This document shows positions 37,116 to 50,939 of a DNA stretch of 64,000 bases, one piece after another. This stretch comes from Leucoraja ocellata (taxonomy: Eukaryota). Position 1 is the first letter of the stretch. The number at the start of each line of letters is the position of its first letter. The stretch covers positions 248,001 to 312,000 of the forward strand of contig JAWMAR010000578.1 in assembly GCA_036785375.1 (NCBI GenBank), read 5' to 3'. The position numbers were made by a program, and so were the translations under genes. The notes below the pieces were generated by a model. The model was given only the letters and a program-made list of their open reading frames with translations, had not been told where the DNA came from and searched no databases.

Positions 37116-40100
37116 CCAAACCACTGGATAGTTCTTGGCTCTCACCACCCCTTCTTAGAATTCCTGACAACTTTTCTCAATAAATGTGACTTTTTAAATA
37201 CACTCCTGGCTGACCTCCTCCATTCTTCTCACTCCATAAACGTGAGATTATCCAAATCTCTGCTGTTTGTTCACTAACGTACCATGCCCCTCACTACTAC
37301 CCTTGTAAGTACTGACCTTTATAACCTCATCTGTTAAAAATGATTGTAGAAATATTTTCATCACTGTTTCTCACCACTGCATGTCTCTCATCTCAATCTC
37401 TTTGACCCTTTGTATTTTCTGCACTTCTACATTTCTGGCACTTTGGTCATTCCAAATGCCCACCTGTTGGTGTATCAGAACTCTCATCTTCGGGACCACC
37501 TCTATCGCTTGTATTGCTTTCGATAGAGGGACCGACCTCTATCGCTTTCATTTCTCAGGAACCGTCTTCAGAGCATCCACCTTTGACCAAGCTTTAATTA
37601 TCTGCCTTAATCCCTTTGATGGCTCGATGCCAGACATTTGTTGAAAAACACTCCTCTGAACTGGCTGGGACATTGCAATATTAAAAACATTCTACAAATA
37701 AACTGCTATTCTTTGACTTCCAGGTTTTGCTTGTGTACTGTACCAAAGTGATGCAGTTAGACGAGCTTATTTTAAATATATATAAATTCTGCTGTTTTAT
37801 TTTGTTTTAGACTTTCCTGGGTTGTCCCCCTTCATCTGATTCATCCTTAATCTGTGGTCCCTTGAGTGTTCTTGTAGCTTTAAGGCAATGCCACTGATTG
37901 CAACTGGAGCAAATGTAGGGTACAAGGATGGAGGGATGGGACGATGCCTTTAATGGACTTGGCACAAGATGGAAGGGAACCTTGCAGCATTGTGTGGCCT
38001 GGGGGTGGGGGGTGATTTGATGCAACTGGAGCGGAAAGAGTTGGCTCTGGATGTTCCACCGGTTCAATGCTGTGACCTGGGTTGTGTGAATATAGTTGAG
38101 ATCTATTGGTGGTCAGTGGCTGCCTGAATTTGAAATGTTCTGTGAGGGAAGAAGCTGCAGTAGGGTCTGAAGAAGGGTCTCGACCCAAAATGTCACCCAA
38201 TCCTTCTCTCTAGAGATGCTGCCTGTCCTGCTGAGTTACTCCAGCATTTTGTGTCTCGCTTTGAAATGTTCCCCTCCACGGTCCTACTTTGTAAGTAGAT
38301 ACTTGTCCTTGATCAACAGTGGTTTAAACTTTTGGAGCATTCTAATGGCCCTTGACATAGACCACCCTAACCACCATCTCCAGTCTATTGGAGTGACCAA
38401 TAAATACAGCTGTGCCAACGTCTGGTGTCTGATTATTTAACAAGTAAAGTGACTTGGGAAGATGGCAAATTACTGGCTTGGGGTGGGCTTGGATTTCTTT
38501 GTGAATAACAGTAGGGGGAAATGTTGTGCAATGGATGCGGAGACAAAGCTGTCTGTTGCAAATTACTGTAGGTGTGGAAACAGTGAACAGCAATGAGGGC
38601 TTTATCTAAATGGTTCATCACTTACTCCATGTTCGCCAACATCTCACCTCAGCTCCATCTCACCTCAGCTTTGTCAAACTAACGTCCTGTGGGACGATGA
38701 AAAGTTTCCTTCATGTAAACCTTGGGAAGAACAAACCTTTGTTGTTCATATCACAAATTACATTCTCTCACTGCCTACTCCATCCTTCTCCTGGACCATC
38801 GCCCTGACCTGAACCAGACCACTTGCAAGCTAGCTACCCCCATTGATCCTGTGCTGAGTCTCTTGTCGTCAAAACCGCCACCTGTGAGATATGATCTGCC
38901 ACCTCCTGTCCTGACTTAATCTGCTGTTGAAACCCTCATCCCTTCGTTTGTTACTTACCATTAGCCTTGACTGTTCCAATGGTGTCCTAGCTGGGATTCC
39001 ACCCAGCCCCTCTCCCAAAATTCCCAAACAACTCCTAATGTACAATGTGGGCCCAGGTGAAGTCATGGGTAGTTTGTGAATTGGCACAGGAGAAGTGGTG
39101 ACTGACCCATAACTACTGAACCTCGTCTTTCCTTTCAATTTCAGGGCACAGGCTGAAGCTCTAGCTGGCGATCGTTTCTTGCCAAAGCAGGAATCAAAGC
39201 TCCACCTCATTCCTTCAGGCATTGGGAAAGCAAGAGCATTCATTGGAAAACGAGCATCCAGATAAGTGGAAGAAACCGGTGGAGCTGCATTTTTGAGATG
39301 GTTTACTCTATTGGGCGTGTCGAGGAGACTTTATTTTGAATGAGGAAGAGTTATTGTTTCGCCAGTTGATCAGAGCGTGGTGTGGAAGTGCTGGCTGATA
39401 CATTTGGATTTATCAATGCTTAAACAGGAACGGAGAGATTGAGAGGTAAAATTCTTGAGGTCTGACCTTATTTGAGGGTACAGTATGTTTATTTTACGCT
39501 CCTTCCTATTTTGTAATCTGCCTACACCTCTCATGGGATCAGGGATTTTGTATTGAATTGAGCCACGGGTTAGAGTGTGCATGAAAAATGCTTTGGGATA
39601 GAAATTATGCTCGGTGGTTAAACGTTCCCAGGGCAGTTATTTATTTACATTATCACCTTGTGGTTTGCTATCTCCTGATATGTAACAAAGGCCATTATGA
39701 ATTTACCACAAATTTTTGATTTGTTTTTAATCCCTCCTCTCAGAGCCCATGTTTGCACTCGGCAAGGAGATTTAAATGGATGGCAGAATTCACCACTCTG
39801 CTTGGGTCCGATCCTGGGTTTGCAGAATTTGTATTTCTCTCACTATAGACAGAACGAGGTGTGGGAAAGGGGAGTCTCTACACTAGTCAAACAATAACTC
39901 TTTTTGATACGAGTTGTACCAGTCCGTGAGAGATCTGAGTATTTTGGATCACTAGACCCTGTAGGAAGATAAGAAGCACAAGGAAAGGTTGTTACTTAAA
40001 TGTCAAATTATACAATTGCAAGCCCTTAATTTTTAAGCTGGTGCAACGCTTTGAAGGAACAGTCCTGACTGCAAGTCAGTGCTCAGAATAAGGTTCTTGT

Positions 40101-41768
40101 CCAGGATAAGGGTTGGACTATGGTATGACCTGGCCCCACCTTTTATCCATCATCAGACTCCCACCACAGTTTAGTTTATTGTCACGAGTATTGAGGTACA
40201 ATGAAAAGTGTGGTAAGCAGGACCTTTAGATCATTTGGAGAGGCGATAAGGGGCTATCTGGTTACTAGGAAATGGTAGATGGCTTAGACTGGCCAATGGC
40301 AAATCAATCTATAGTTATTGCATTGGGTTCTTTAACATTATAAATTCGAACTTTCAAAAGATGTTAGAGGAAGTAACGTAACAGATTTGTTAGCAAAATT
40401 AAAGCCATGAGATAAATGGGAGCTTGAAAAATGCTCAAGTGAAGAACGCAGATAATAATGAATAGTTGTTTTTTAAATGTAGGGGGAAAAACTGGTGTCC
40501 TCAACTGTGGTTTTGAATCACTTTTCTTTTTGATGCGTATTAATGACCTGGAGTACGGTACTGATTGCTCGATCAAAGTTTACTATTGAAGCAAAACCTG
40601 AATGGGGTAAAGGTTGAGTAGATAATACACAAAATACTGGAGTAACGCAGCGGGTCAAGCAGCATCTCTGGAGAAAAGCAATGGGTGATGTTTTAGGTTG
40701 AAACCTTTCTTCTGAGGTTGAGGAGGACAGTCGCAGGAGGAGGGTGTGCAGTGGGGTATAGTGCATGGGTGCTGAAATTTAATGCAGAAGAACTCTAAGG
40801 TATTGACAGGAAGAAGTGGGAAATGTTACAATTTTAGAGATTGAACGGCTGGAATCTGTGGGTATATATTGGCAAATTTTAGAGGGTGGTGGGACAGGTT
40901 TAGAAGTGTGTTTTGGGGTTGAATGGGCCACAACATCCTTGTTTTTTTAACAGAAGAATATAAACAAAAGTTAGGAAATTCTGCCATATCTTCATAACAC
41001 TTGTTAAAGCACTAAAGTGTTAAATCATTCTGGACACCACCTGAAAGCAGAATATTGAGGTTTTAGAACGGGTTCAGCAGTATTTGACAAGGGAGGGATT
41101 TCAGCTGCCTGAATAAACTGGGCTTTCTCTTTTGGAGCAGATTTAATATTTGATTTATCATTTGATAGAAGTGCTCAAAATCATGTATGATTTTGGTAGG
41201 GGAGAAATTATAAGGCAAAAAGGTCAGGGGCATGGGTTTAGAAAACAAGAAGTAGTGCTGTGATTTTTATTATGCGGCAGGTTATGTGACGTAAAGAAAA
41301 ATAACGAGAAAGAGTAGAAGAATGTAGCTGATCACATCGTTCTTTCAGAGTGCCACAGGTGATGGCTGACAACCCTCCTCTTGTTCCTCTTGATTGGAAT
41401 ACTTGGAAACAGCATAAAGATTGATCGGGTTACTGGCCTGACTCCAGTTGCAGGGAGAGGCAGTTCATTATGCTACTAGTTTGAATCTGAGGGAACTAGT
41501 TGCCTTGTTAGTGATCTGCTAATGGTCCCAGGGTGTGACGTATGCTACTATACGTTGCGTGCAACTAGCCATGGCTTTTAGTCTGATGCCTATTCTATTT
41601 CTGGTGAATGCAAAGTTCTTGCCACAACTCGCTGTTTACAAGAGGTTAACATCCAGCAGCAGGTGACCAGGGCATGGATGCCACAGGCTAAAGCACTGGC
41701 AGGTTGAGAACTGTCTGGTTTTAGTTTGGAGACTTTGGGTGAATCAGAGGGACTGGTGTGAAGCTTAA

Positions 41769-41940
41769 TGGGCCTGTCTCACTTAGGCGATTTTTTGGGC
41801 AACTGCTGCAAAATTTTCAACATGTTGAATCATTTTCAGCGACAGTGGTGCCAATTTTTGCTGTCGTAGGTTTTGTAGTAGGTGAGTTAAAACTAGTCCC
41901 TGGCAGTCGCCTAAAGAGTCGCCTAAGTGGAACAGGCCTT
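41769..41940. mobile_element. PIF/Harbinger-type MITE, 172 bp
   Basis: About 22-bp TIRs (tgggcctgtctcacttaggcga / tcgcctaagtggaacaggcctt) with TAA on both sides. Confidence 0.8.
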
Positions 41941-43814
41941 TAAGAAATGGGTTTCCTTCAATGACTTTGGGGATTGTAATTCCTGTTGCTACATGGATGA
42001 GAAACAACGTTACCTCAAGTGGTAACACTTCCATCCAATGTGGCTTGAGAACTCTGAAGTGGGTCTGACACAGATGTCAAATAGTGCCTCCAGGTGTTTA
42101 AAACAGCCTGTAGTACAGTTATAACTGAACAATAAAGGTCAGGTTGCACTGACAGTTTATGCTTGTCAACTGAAAGCTCTGTGGACGATAGGTGTAACAA
42201 AGAACTGCAGATTCTGGTTTAGATCGAAGGTAGACACACAATGCTGGAGTAACTCAGTGGGTGAGGCAGCATCTGTGGAGAAAAGGAATGGGCGGTGAGT
42301 TACTCCAGCATTTTGTGTCTACCTCCGTGGATGATATATTCTCCAATACCTCTCCATGAACCTTTGACTGTAGGTGTATATCTATTGATGGAGTACACAG
42401 GTTGCTCTGTGTGATGTCATTGCTCCTTCCTGAATGACTGATTGCACCTGACCAGGTCAGAGTGCAGGAATAAATTTACAATCAGTTTAATATTGGCAAT
42501 TGATATCCAATGGTTGTCATTGCTTTACAGAGAGTAGAACTACATGGTGCAAAATCCGGATGCTCATGTGACTTTTGATGGACAGAAGGTGGCACCACAG
42601 GCCAAGCTCCATCCATTTTATCGTGCATTCAAACCCACATTATGGGGTAGTTGTGTTCCTAGAAATGGATCCGTATCACAGTTTTCCATAACACAAAGCT
42701 TCATCATCTGTGCAGGCATAGAGAAGCACAAGTTTGAAAAAGTACATATTTTATTTATTTACTTTTTTCACGTATATTCCACGACAGAGAATTTATTCTG
42801 AAGGTCAAATTTCTGTTTAGTGTTTTGTGAATGCGGTAAAAGCGAATTTCCATTATGTCAATGACTGTAATGGAATGATCACCAGTAAATCACATGTGTG
42901 ATCCCAGTATTGAATATAATTTGGTTTGTTGTGGGATCCTGTTGGAAAGGATGGTTGTTGCTAAAATAAAATTAACTTGCCTCGTGCATGCCTGCTAAAA
43001 ATCGAATCCAGCCCCCCCTTCCAGGCACCAGTCTCATTCTATGTTGTTAAGGTGCCTTCATCTCACAGAATGTCAGTGGCAGAGGATAATTCCGTTATTT
43101 GGTTTGTGGAGCCACCCTCCAATGCAATGTAGTGATCGCACGGGATACTTGTAACCAGTTGTATTCTGCAAAAGGAAAGGCTATCTATCAGTGATGTGTT
43201 TTCATTAAAATGTGGCCGTGGAAGCAATGCACTTGGTCTCTATTGAACCAGCATTGCTATTAGAAGCAGCCAGAGATGGTTGTTACATGTTTATACCTGG
43301 ATTTGTTCCATTATCAGCACCAGGAAGAGGTGGGGAAATGGATGAGAGGGTTCAAAATTGATCAGGGCAACGATAAAGAAGAGCAAAAATGAGCAGGCAA
43401 AATGAGCAATGATGAAATAATGATAGGAATGGATGAGTGAAATAAAACGGAGGGTAGTGCATTGGAGCACGCAAAGGAGAACATAGTCAAATCCAATTGT
43501 TAAGATGAAATCTTCCTATCTTTGTGCTTAAAATATAACAAGACACAGCTGAAAATTAGCAGAAACTCTTCAAGCATTTTGCTGTTCTGCTGAATTACTG
43601 CTTTGTTGAATAGGATCTTCCAAATACATCCTTTTTACCAAATGAAAATTTGGTAAGAATCTTTATGATTTTTAACCTTCTCTGTTCGTCCTCCTCAAAG
43701 GCAACTCTATTGATCAGTACCCTTCTAATTTAACAGGGTGCTGAGGGGTCCAGGCTTTTGTGTTCTGCTAACTTCGGTCACACCTATTCATTCCCTAAAA
43801 GTGGAAGAGTGGTG

Positions 43815-44350
43815 AATGTAGAACAGTACAGCACAGGACCAGGCCCTTTGACTCACAATGTCTATGCCAAGTTAAACTAATCTCATTTACCTCCATGTAA
43901 TCCATATCTCTACATTCACTGCATATCCATGTACCTATCTAAAAGCCGCATAAATGCCCCTGTTGTATCTACGTCCACCACCATCCCTGGTGTTCCAAGC
44001 ACCCACCACTGTCTGTGTAAACAAAAAGTTGCCCCTTTAAAACTACATCTTTAAATTTTCCCCTCTAACTTTAAAGCTATGCCCTCATGATATTTCCACT
44101 CTGGGACAAAGGTTCTGACTATCTACCGTATCTATGTCTCTCATAATTGTATATGCTACTCTCAATCACTGACACTCCAGAGAAGACAATCCAGGTTTGT
44201 CCAACCTTTCCTTATAGCTACATCTCTCTAATCCAGGCAGTGTTATATTGAGCCTCGCCCTCTCCAAAACCTCCTTGTAATCGTGCAATTAGAACTGCAC
44301 ATAACACTCCGAATGTGATCTAACCAAAGTCCTATAAAGCTGCAACATGA
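43815..44350 (-). mobile_element. CR1 3' fragment
   Basis: tagaacagtacagcacagg...ggccc tail and RT remnant. Confidence 0.7.
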
Positions 44351-46846
44351 CTCGGTGGACCATATCTAAAGTCTAAAGTTTATTGAATATCGAAGCAGGC
44401 ACAAGGAAGTGCTTCTGTTTCCTTTGATTGCAAATTATTGAACTGACAGCCCAAAGAGGGTTTTGTTTTTGTCCTTGACAAATCTTATTTACATGAATTA
44501 CATGTACTTTTGCTTCCCATGGGAATGTTATCAGTCAGATTTGGAACCTAGACGCATTAGTAGTATTCCGTCAGAGGACCAAATACATGGTCAAATCTGG
44601 CAATTTTAAAGCAGCATTTGTAGGATTAGATGGAAGTAGATTTAGAGAACCTCTGCCTGTGGCATAGACAACTTGACATGCAGCACGGTGTGTGTGAAGT
44701 GAAAATTGGAAGGATGGAGAGTTCTTGAACTCTGTAGGGTTGGAAGAGAATGCAGGTATGGGGAAGGATGAGACCATGCAAGTGTTTGGATGCAAGGATG
44801 AGAATTATAAATGGAGGTAATTGCAGACTGTGGCTGGTGCACCATAAGCATACAGATGAACAATGGAATTCGGAGACCTGAAGTTGGGAAACATGCACCA
44901 TTGTTCTGAAGCAATGTTCCACCCAGATGTTGTGCTCAATACTGCACAGTATTTATAATGGGTCAGGAGCAAGTTTCATATATCTACTTTGCGCACACTA
45001 CATGCTTTAAACCTACTAAGAGTTTGGCAGGTGCAGCAACAAATTCAAAGATGCTTCTGGCAAAGATTTGTGAAAGGTGGAAAGGGCGGCACTGGGAACT
45101 CCTGCAAGGAGTTATGCTTGAGCAATAATATAGGTGGGCCAGTTCCCACCAATGTATCACTGACAGCATCACTGCACAATCCTGATCTTTGCCAATGGGG
45201 TACATTTGGCAAGTGGAATGCTAATATTTAGGGAAAAAGTGTTGGAATTCTCAGTTGCATTACAGCCAATGACACTGGTGAGGTTTTAGTTTAGATACAG
45301 CATGGAAAATGGTCCTTTGGCCCACCGAGTCCATGCCATCTGTTGATTACCTGTTTATACTAGTTCCATGTTATCCCACTTTCCCATCCACTTCCTACAC
45401 ATTGGGGGCATTTTACAGAGGCTAATTAAATGTGGGAGAGGAAAAAAGAGTTGGGGGTTGTGGAAGCATTTTGAGGGGTAGAAATATTGGGTGATTTTGT
45501 TTTTACTATAGATAGGAATAAAGTTAGTACATTTGTTTAAAGTAAAACACCTTTTTCTAAAATGCATCCTTAACTGCCCAGATCATTCTTTCTTGACCCT
45601 TGAAGAAACTTTGCATGGTTTAGTTCTGGGAAATGTAGCGGAGCAACTAACTGTGAGAATAGTATGGGAGATGGTGATTGTAATTTAACTTCAGGTTACA
45701 CTAGAAAACCCTAATGTTAAAAGTGGGAATGGTGGGATGAGCCACAATTGACAAAGTGAGTAGGGCTCTGACACCATTAAACATTCAACAAGCAGATCAA
45801 GAGGCCAGCAATTGGCATGATGGTATGAAGGATGGTATGTTAGATGATCATTTTCCGATGAGGCAAAATATCAAAGGATAAAATTAATTATTAAATTAAA
45901 TTAAAGATTAAAATGCAAATTGATATTTCAACAGGACTCGTATCATATAAAATTAGGCCAGATGTAAATGTAGTTGAGAGGCATGTGCAAAACAAAAATT
46001 AACAAAGTAACATTTAAAATCAAGTTTTCTTTTTTTTAAAAGATGTAAAATAATTTTGTGCGCTTATTTGTGGATTGACAAATTGAACTGAGTATTTATT
46101 TTGAAGAAACAAATGGTTTAGCAGGTGAGATGGGTGGTTCGGAGGTGGGGTTGGCAGTTGTTGATTATGAAGAGATGTTCACTAAGATGTTTTCATCGCA
46201 TTTGTTCAAACATGTTCAGAGGAAATTCTTGTAGTGCAAGTTGTTGAAAGACATGGGAGTAATAACTGGTAAATGGGTATCATTTTTGGCAAGGAATTAA
46301 ATTGATGAGCTTTCAGTACAGGGTACTAGTTTTTCTCCACCCAACCTCTTCCCATGATGTGCAAGTACGAAACACCTGAGTTTGCTGACAGCTCAAAGTA
46401 GATGATTCAGCACACCGTGGGAAGGTCTGCAACAGATGTTAAGAAAATAATACAACGTGATTTAATGTGGATTAAGTTTGAGGTAATAGCATGCAAAAAG
46501 GGTGTGGATACTCTGAGAGCCCAAGGGCTTTGGATGCACAAATCTCTGCAAGTGCAAATACTGACAACATTTCTGATTGCAGTCTCATCATTTTTGGTTT
46601 GCTGTTTTGTGTGTGTGTGATGGCTGTATGTACTTTCAATTTATTCATTATTGCTTAGAAGTCACTGTCTGCAGGATTCTCTAACTTAAGGGGGTTCTTG
46701 GAAATCCAAGGCCATATTTAGTCTCAACATTTGGACTTGACCACCTCACTCCAAACAAACCTGCCATCTGTCTCTCACCAGGTTGGGGGCTCCCAGCTTT
46801 TCTAGTCTGTTGGAGGAATCCCATCAAGGCACTCAAACTCATCAAG

Positions 46847-46945
46847 ATGATCAGCTGTCTGCAGGAGGACAAAGTGAAGCTGCAGGAGGAACTGAACACG
46901 GCTGAGTCTAAACAACAGTGCCTGGGCAGCACTCCACCATCTCAG
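46847..46945 (+). CDS. KIFC3: Probable KIFC3 N-terminal coiled-coil exon (MISCLQEDKVKLQEELNTAESKQQCLGSTPPSQ); 5' boundary uncertain
   Basis: Heptad-like E/Q/K/L peptide with CAG|GTAACC phase-0 donor matching the next exon. Candidate acceptors at 46781, 46805 and 46846. Confidence 0.55.
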
Positions 46946-47624
46946 GTAACCAATCTGGCACTGCATGTAAACATTGAAAGGACTTGAATTATTTTATGGG
47001 CATGGAAACGGGGTTTAGTACTCATCCTTAATTGCCTTTGAATGTCGTTGAGATGCCTCCCTGGACCTTTCAGGGAGGCATCTCAATGTACCCCAATGGT
47101 GCTCTTGGGTAGAGTCCCCTGGAGATAATGGTGGTAGATTTGCTAGTCTTGTCAGGCCTGGTCAAATCAGCATCATTAATCAACGATGCTGTTTTATTGT
47201 CCCTTCTGTGGGGATAGTGGCACGTGGACTATCACGTGGCCCTTGCACTTCGGACAGATCAGCTTTCAGCTTTGGACAGTGTTCCCATTGCACTGCACTT
47301 GTCCCGGTGCCAGGTGATGATGCTGGGAGGTCCTGTGCCTCTGCTTGCTGCCTTGAATCCCAGCCACCAGACTCTACTAACTTGCTTGTCTTGCCTCTTG
47401 TAAGGAAGAGGCAATGGGTGAAAGGCTGAGATGGGGTGCACGGATAATTCCTGGGCTCATCTCTGCAGCTCGGGGGAGCAGAATTGAAGCAGACTCACCA
47501 CTTGCAGGAACGGAGGAAGTTGCTCAAAATTGAAAAGAATTCCATCTGATTAACCAAGTGGAGACGTGCTTGAATCTTGTGCTGTTTTGGTGCTCGTAGT
47601 AACTGTCCCTACTCTGTTCGACAG

Positions 47625-47765
47625 GGCACCACGGACCTGGAGAAACACTTAGCGATCCTGGTCCTGGAGAATGATCGACTGAAGCAGGAACTGAACAGCA
47701 GCCAGCTCCGGTTCCAGCAGCTCCGGGCCTCCGTCCCCACCTGCACAGACTGTGAGCACAGCAAG
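47625..47765 (+). CDS. KIFC3: KIFC3 exon (GTTDLEKHLAILVLENDRLKQEL...CTDCEHSK)
   Basis: gacAG / GTAAGA, 141 bp. Matches human GGTDLEKHRDLLMVENERLRQE...CPGCEHSQ. Confidence 0.92.
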
Positions 47766-49519
47766 GTAAGAGCACATCTGGATCACTACAGCAGGGCATG
47801 TCACTTCACACAGCACCTCCCAGCCATGGAGCACGAGGCCAGTGGTGTAACGGGGAATTTGGCAGCAAGTTTGCACACACAGAGGACCCAGAACCACACC
47901 GATATCGACCTGAAGAATGTCAGCTTTAATATGTTGGTTCAGGGAGAATTCTTGGCCAGGACGCTGGGAGAGAAAACTCTAGATCCCCTCATTAATTGTA
48001 TGAGGTGGTTTTCACCGAGCTGAGAGAAGGTGGGACTGAAAGACAACCTTGGAGAGCACAGCACTCCCGTGGTAGTTAGTGCCTGGAATGGTGCTTAAAC
48101 ACATAACCACTGAACTCAACGTGCAGGTGCCATTTACTAAGCCACAGCTAATGAATTGGGAGTCGGGGAAAATGCTAGCTTTCTCTTTAGGTTTAGCTTA
48201 CAGTGTCCGGTGCAGAAACTATGTTTGTAGCTGAAGTGTGTAAGTGGAGCTACTGTATGTAACGGGATTATCTGTTGTCATTTATCCTGGGTGCTGGCCT
48301 GACCAGTATTAGTGCTCAATAAAAATAAAGAATGCTAGTTACAAAAGAAAACACGAAGGGCCTTGAGTAACTCAACATGTCCAGCAGCATCTCCAGAGAA
48401 CATACATAGGTGATGTTCGGGTTGGTTCCATTTTCTCCAGAGATGCTGCCTTTCCCGTTGAGTTATTCCAGCCCTTTGTGTTTTCGTTGGTGCTCTGTGC
48501 TTGTCCTAGACGTAAGGGAGGTGAGCTGTCGTTGTCCGGCTCTGTGGCTATGATGCAGGGTCTGCCCCGATGCTGTCAGGGTGTGGCAAGGGAGCCGGAA
48601 AAACCTCGCGTGTTTGGGGATCCATTCAGTGTATCAGCCCACGGCTCAGCTTCACCACCGTGGAGAAGCACGTTGGCTTTGTCCTGGGAGGAGGAAGAGG
48701 AGGTGGGAGAGTTGCACAAGAGCCCGGGTTGTGTTGTCAGGGGCACTCCTCCTTGGAAAGGTCTCTGTCTCTGATCAGTGCTGGAGAAAGGCATGAGCTG
48801 ATGAGGTGCATGGCAGGTTGATATTGTTGTGGCTGAATCTCTGTATCGACTCTACCACCTCCCCCCTCCCCCGCTACCTTTTATCCAAAATTCCGTGGTG
48901 ACCTTGAACTACTGCAAGTCCACAGACCTCGGAGTCAGCTAATTCAAGAAATTAAGAACAAATTTGTCTTCGCCTCATTCTCAAATGGCTTGCTGCTACT
49001 GTAACCCCTCGCCAATATCAGGGACACACCCTCATCATCTACTAACAAGCCTTCGCGAGAATCTCCTTAAATGGACAAAAGAGGCCGTGAACCCTTTGAG
49101 TAAAGGCTTTTTTTGTAAACGGACTTAATCAACTTTGTGATGATTAGTTAAATATAACTACAAAAGCATAAATAAAAATGTGGGATGTGGGCAGAGAATA
49201 GTAAAACATTAATGCAAGACTTGGCATGCACCCAGGTAAAATATGCCAAATATTCTCCCACGCTCATCCATTCAATGAGCTGAGTCCGGACAAGCTATTG
49301 CTTCTGCCCCAATCATTCTGGTTGTCAATAACTATTGGGACTATTGGGGAGGTGCAGTGTGTGTGGCTGATGTTTTAAACATACACACCCTCAGAATATG
49401 TCCTATTTTTATCAGAACCCGAGGAGTTTAGGAATCGAACCTACATATTAGAGAGGTTAATCAGGTTACCAATTGTCTGTGGTGCTGCGTTTTAAATGTG
49501 TTCTCATTCCCTGTCGCAG

Positions 49520-49711
49520 GAAAATTCTCGGTTACGAGAACAAACGTCCGTCTTGCGGTTGGAGCTGGAGGAAAAGACAAGACTGCTATCGGAGCTGGAA
49601 CTGCACCTCAAAGATGTCCATCAGGACAGAACTGAGAGGGAAGAGAGGCTGAATAAACGCATCAGGGACTGTCATCTCGCCCTGGCCAAACACCCCACAC
49701 CTGGAATGAAG
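49520..49711 (+). CDS. KIFC3: KIFC3 exon (ENSRLREQ...EERLNKRIRDCHLALAKHPTPGMK)
   Basis: cgcAG / GTAAAA, 192 bp, coiled coil homologous to EERLSRRLRDSH. Confidence 0.88.
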
Positions 49712-49849
49712 GTAAAAGGGTGGCATTTCTGACCAGCACATCAGTGATGCACAGATACTGGGTGGGGAGGGCCTTACTTCACACGTCTGGATATAGAATG
49801 GTTAAAATTATATATTGTAGATTATTATAAGAAAACAACAATGTACAGG

Positions 49850-50240
49850 TATGCCTCAACTCGCATTCACCCTGCGTATTCCTCATGATTTTATACAACT
49901 CGATAAGATCACCCTTTGCCTCCTGCACTCCAAGGAATAAAGTTCTAGACTACCCAACCTCTCCCTCTAGCTTAGGCCCTTGAGTTCTGCTAACATCCTC
50001 GTAAATCTGTTCTGCTCTCTTTCCAGCTAGACGACATCCTTCCTATAGCAGAGTGACCGAAACTGAACCCATATGCCAAATTCGGCCTTGCCAACGTGTT
50101 TTACAACTGTAACATAACATCCCAACTTCTGTTCTCAATAGTCTGACTGATGTCGGCCAATGTACCAAAAGCCTTCTTGACCACCCTATTTTCCTGTGGT
50201 GCCCCTTCCAGGGAATGATGTCCTTGCACTCCTAGATCCC
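49850..50240 (-). mobile_element. CR1 RT fragment
   Basis: RVVKKAFGTLADISQTIENRSWDVMLQL. Confidence 0.75.
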
Positions 50241-50939
50241 TATGCAGGGCAGGATTTAGATGAAGAGAGGCCCTAGGCTGTTCCACTTGTGAGGCCCCTC
50301 CCAATCCCCCACGACTAGAGGAAGATGGTCCACCAGATTGACGCCGATTTGCAGCCAAGCGTGGCCAATGCGATAAGGGGCTGGAAAGCTGCACTTTTTA
50401 TTTATTTATTTATTTATTGCCAGTGCTAGTGTCGAGTTATCGGCTTAAAACACTATTATTCTGAAATAGAGGGCAAGGAAAATTACTGAAGGGTAGTTTG
50501 GAGACTACATTGCGTTGTGACAGGATATGTAAGAAAGGCCTATGGCAGTCAAAAATATTATACACCTTGCAGGGCTCTCACTTAACTTTTTTTCTCTGTC
50601 AGCCGGGCAACCTTGGCAGCTTTTTAGGTTGCCAAATGACAGTTTAAGTGGTCAGTTATGACGGCTTGCATGATGCGTGCGATAATGTGCTCGGACGAAA
50701 TGCGTAGTTACCAGTCGGAATTATGCTCAATGAAGCATTCACATATTATTTCTGCTTCAAATAAAGTCACAAACTAAACATATTCACCTATCAAGACATG
50801 ATATATACCACAATGACATGCAGCAAAATTATAATACAGTATCTCAACTCTTTTTACACGTTGCAATAAATGCAATTTCTATTATTTCTTTCCACTTCCA
50901 AACAAAAATGTGGTTGGATTATTCAGCGTATGATCAACC

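Noticed and set aside
44525-44665. QIWNLDAL as the KIFC3 N-terminal RTWNLG motif
   Set aside because: Three-residue match only, with no in-frame start, a downstream stop and no good donor.
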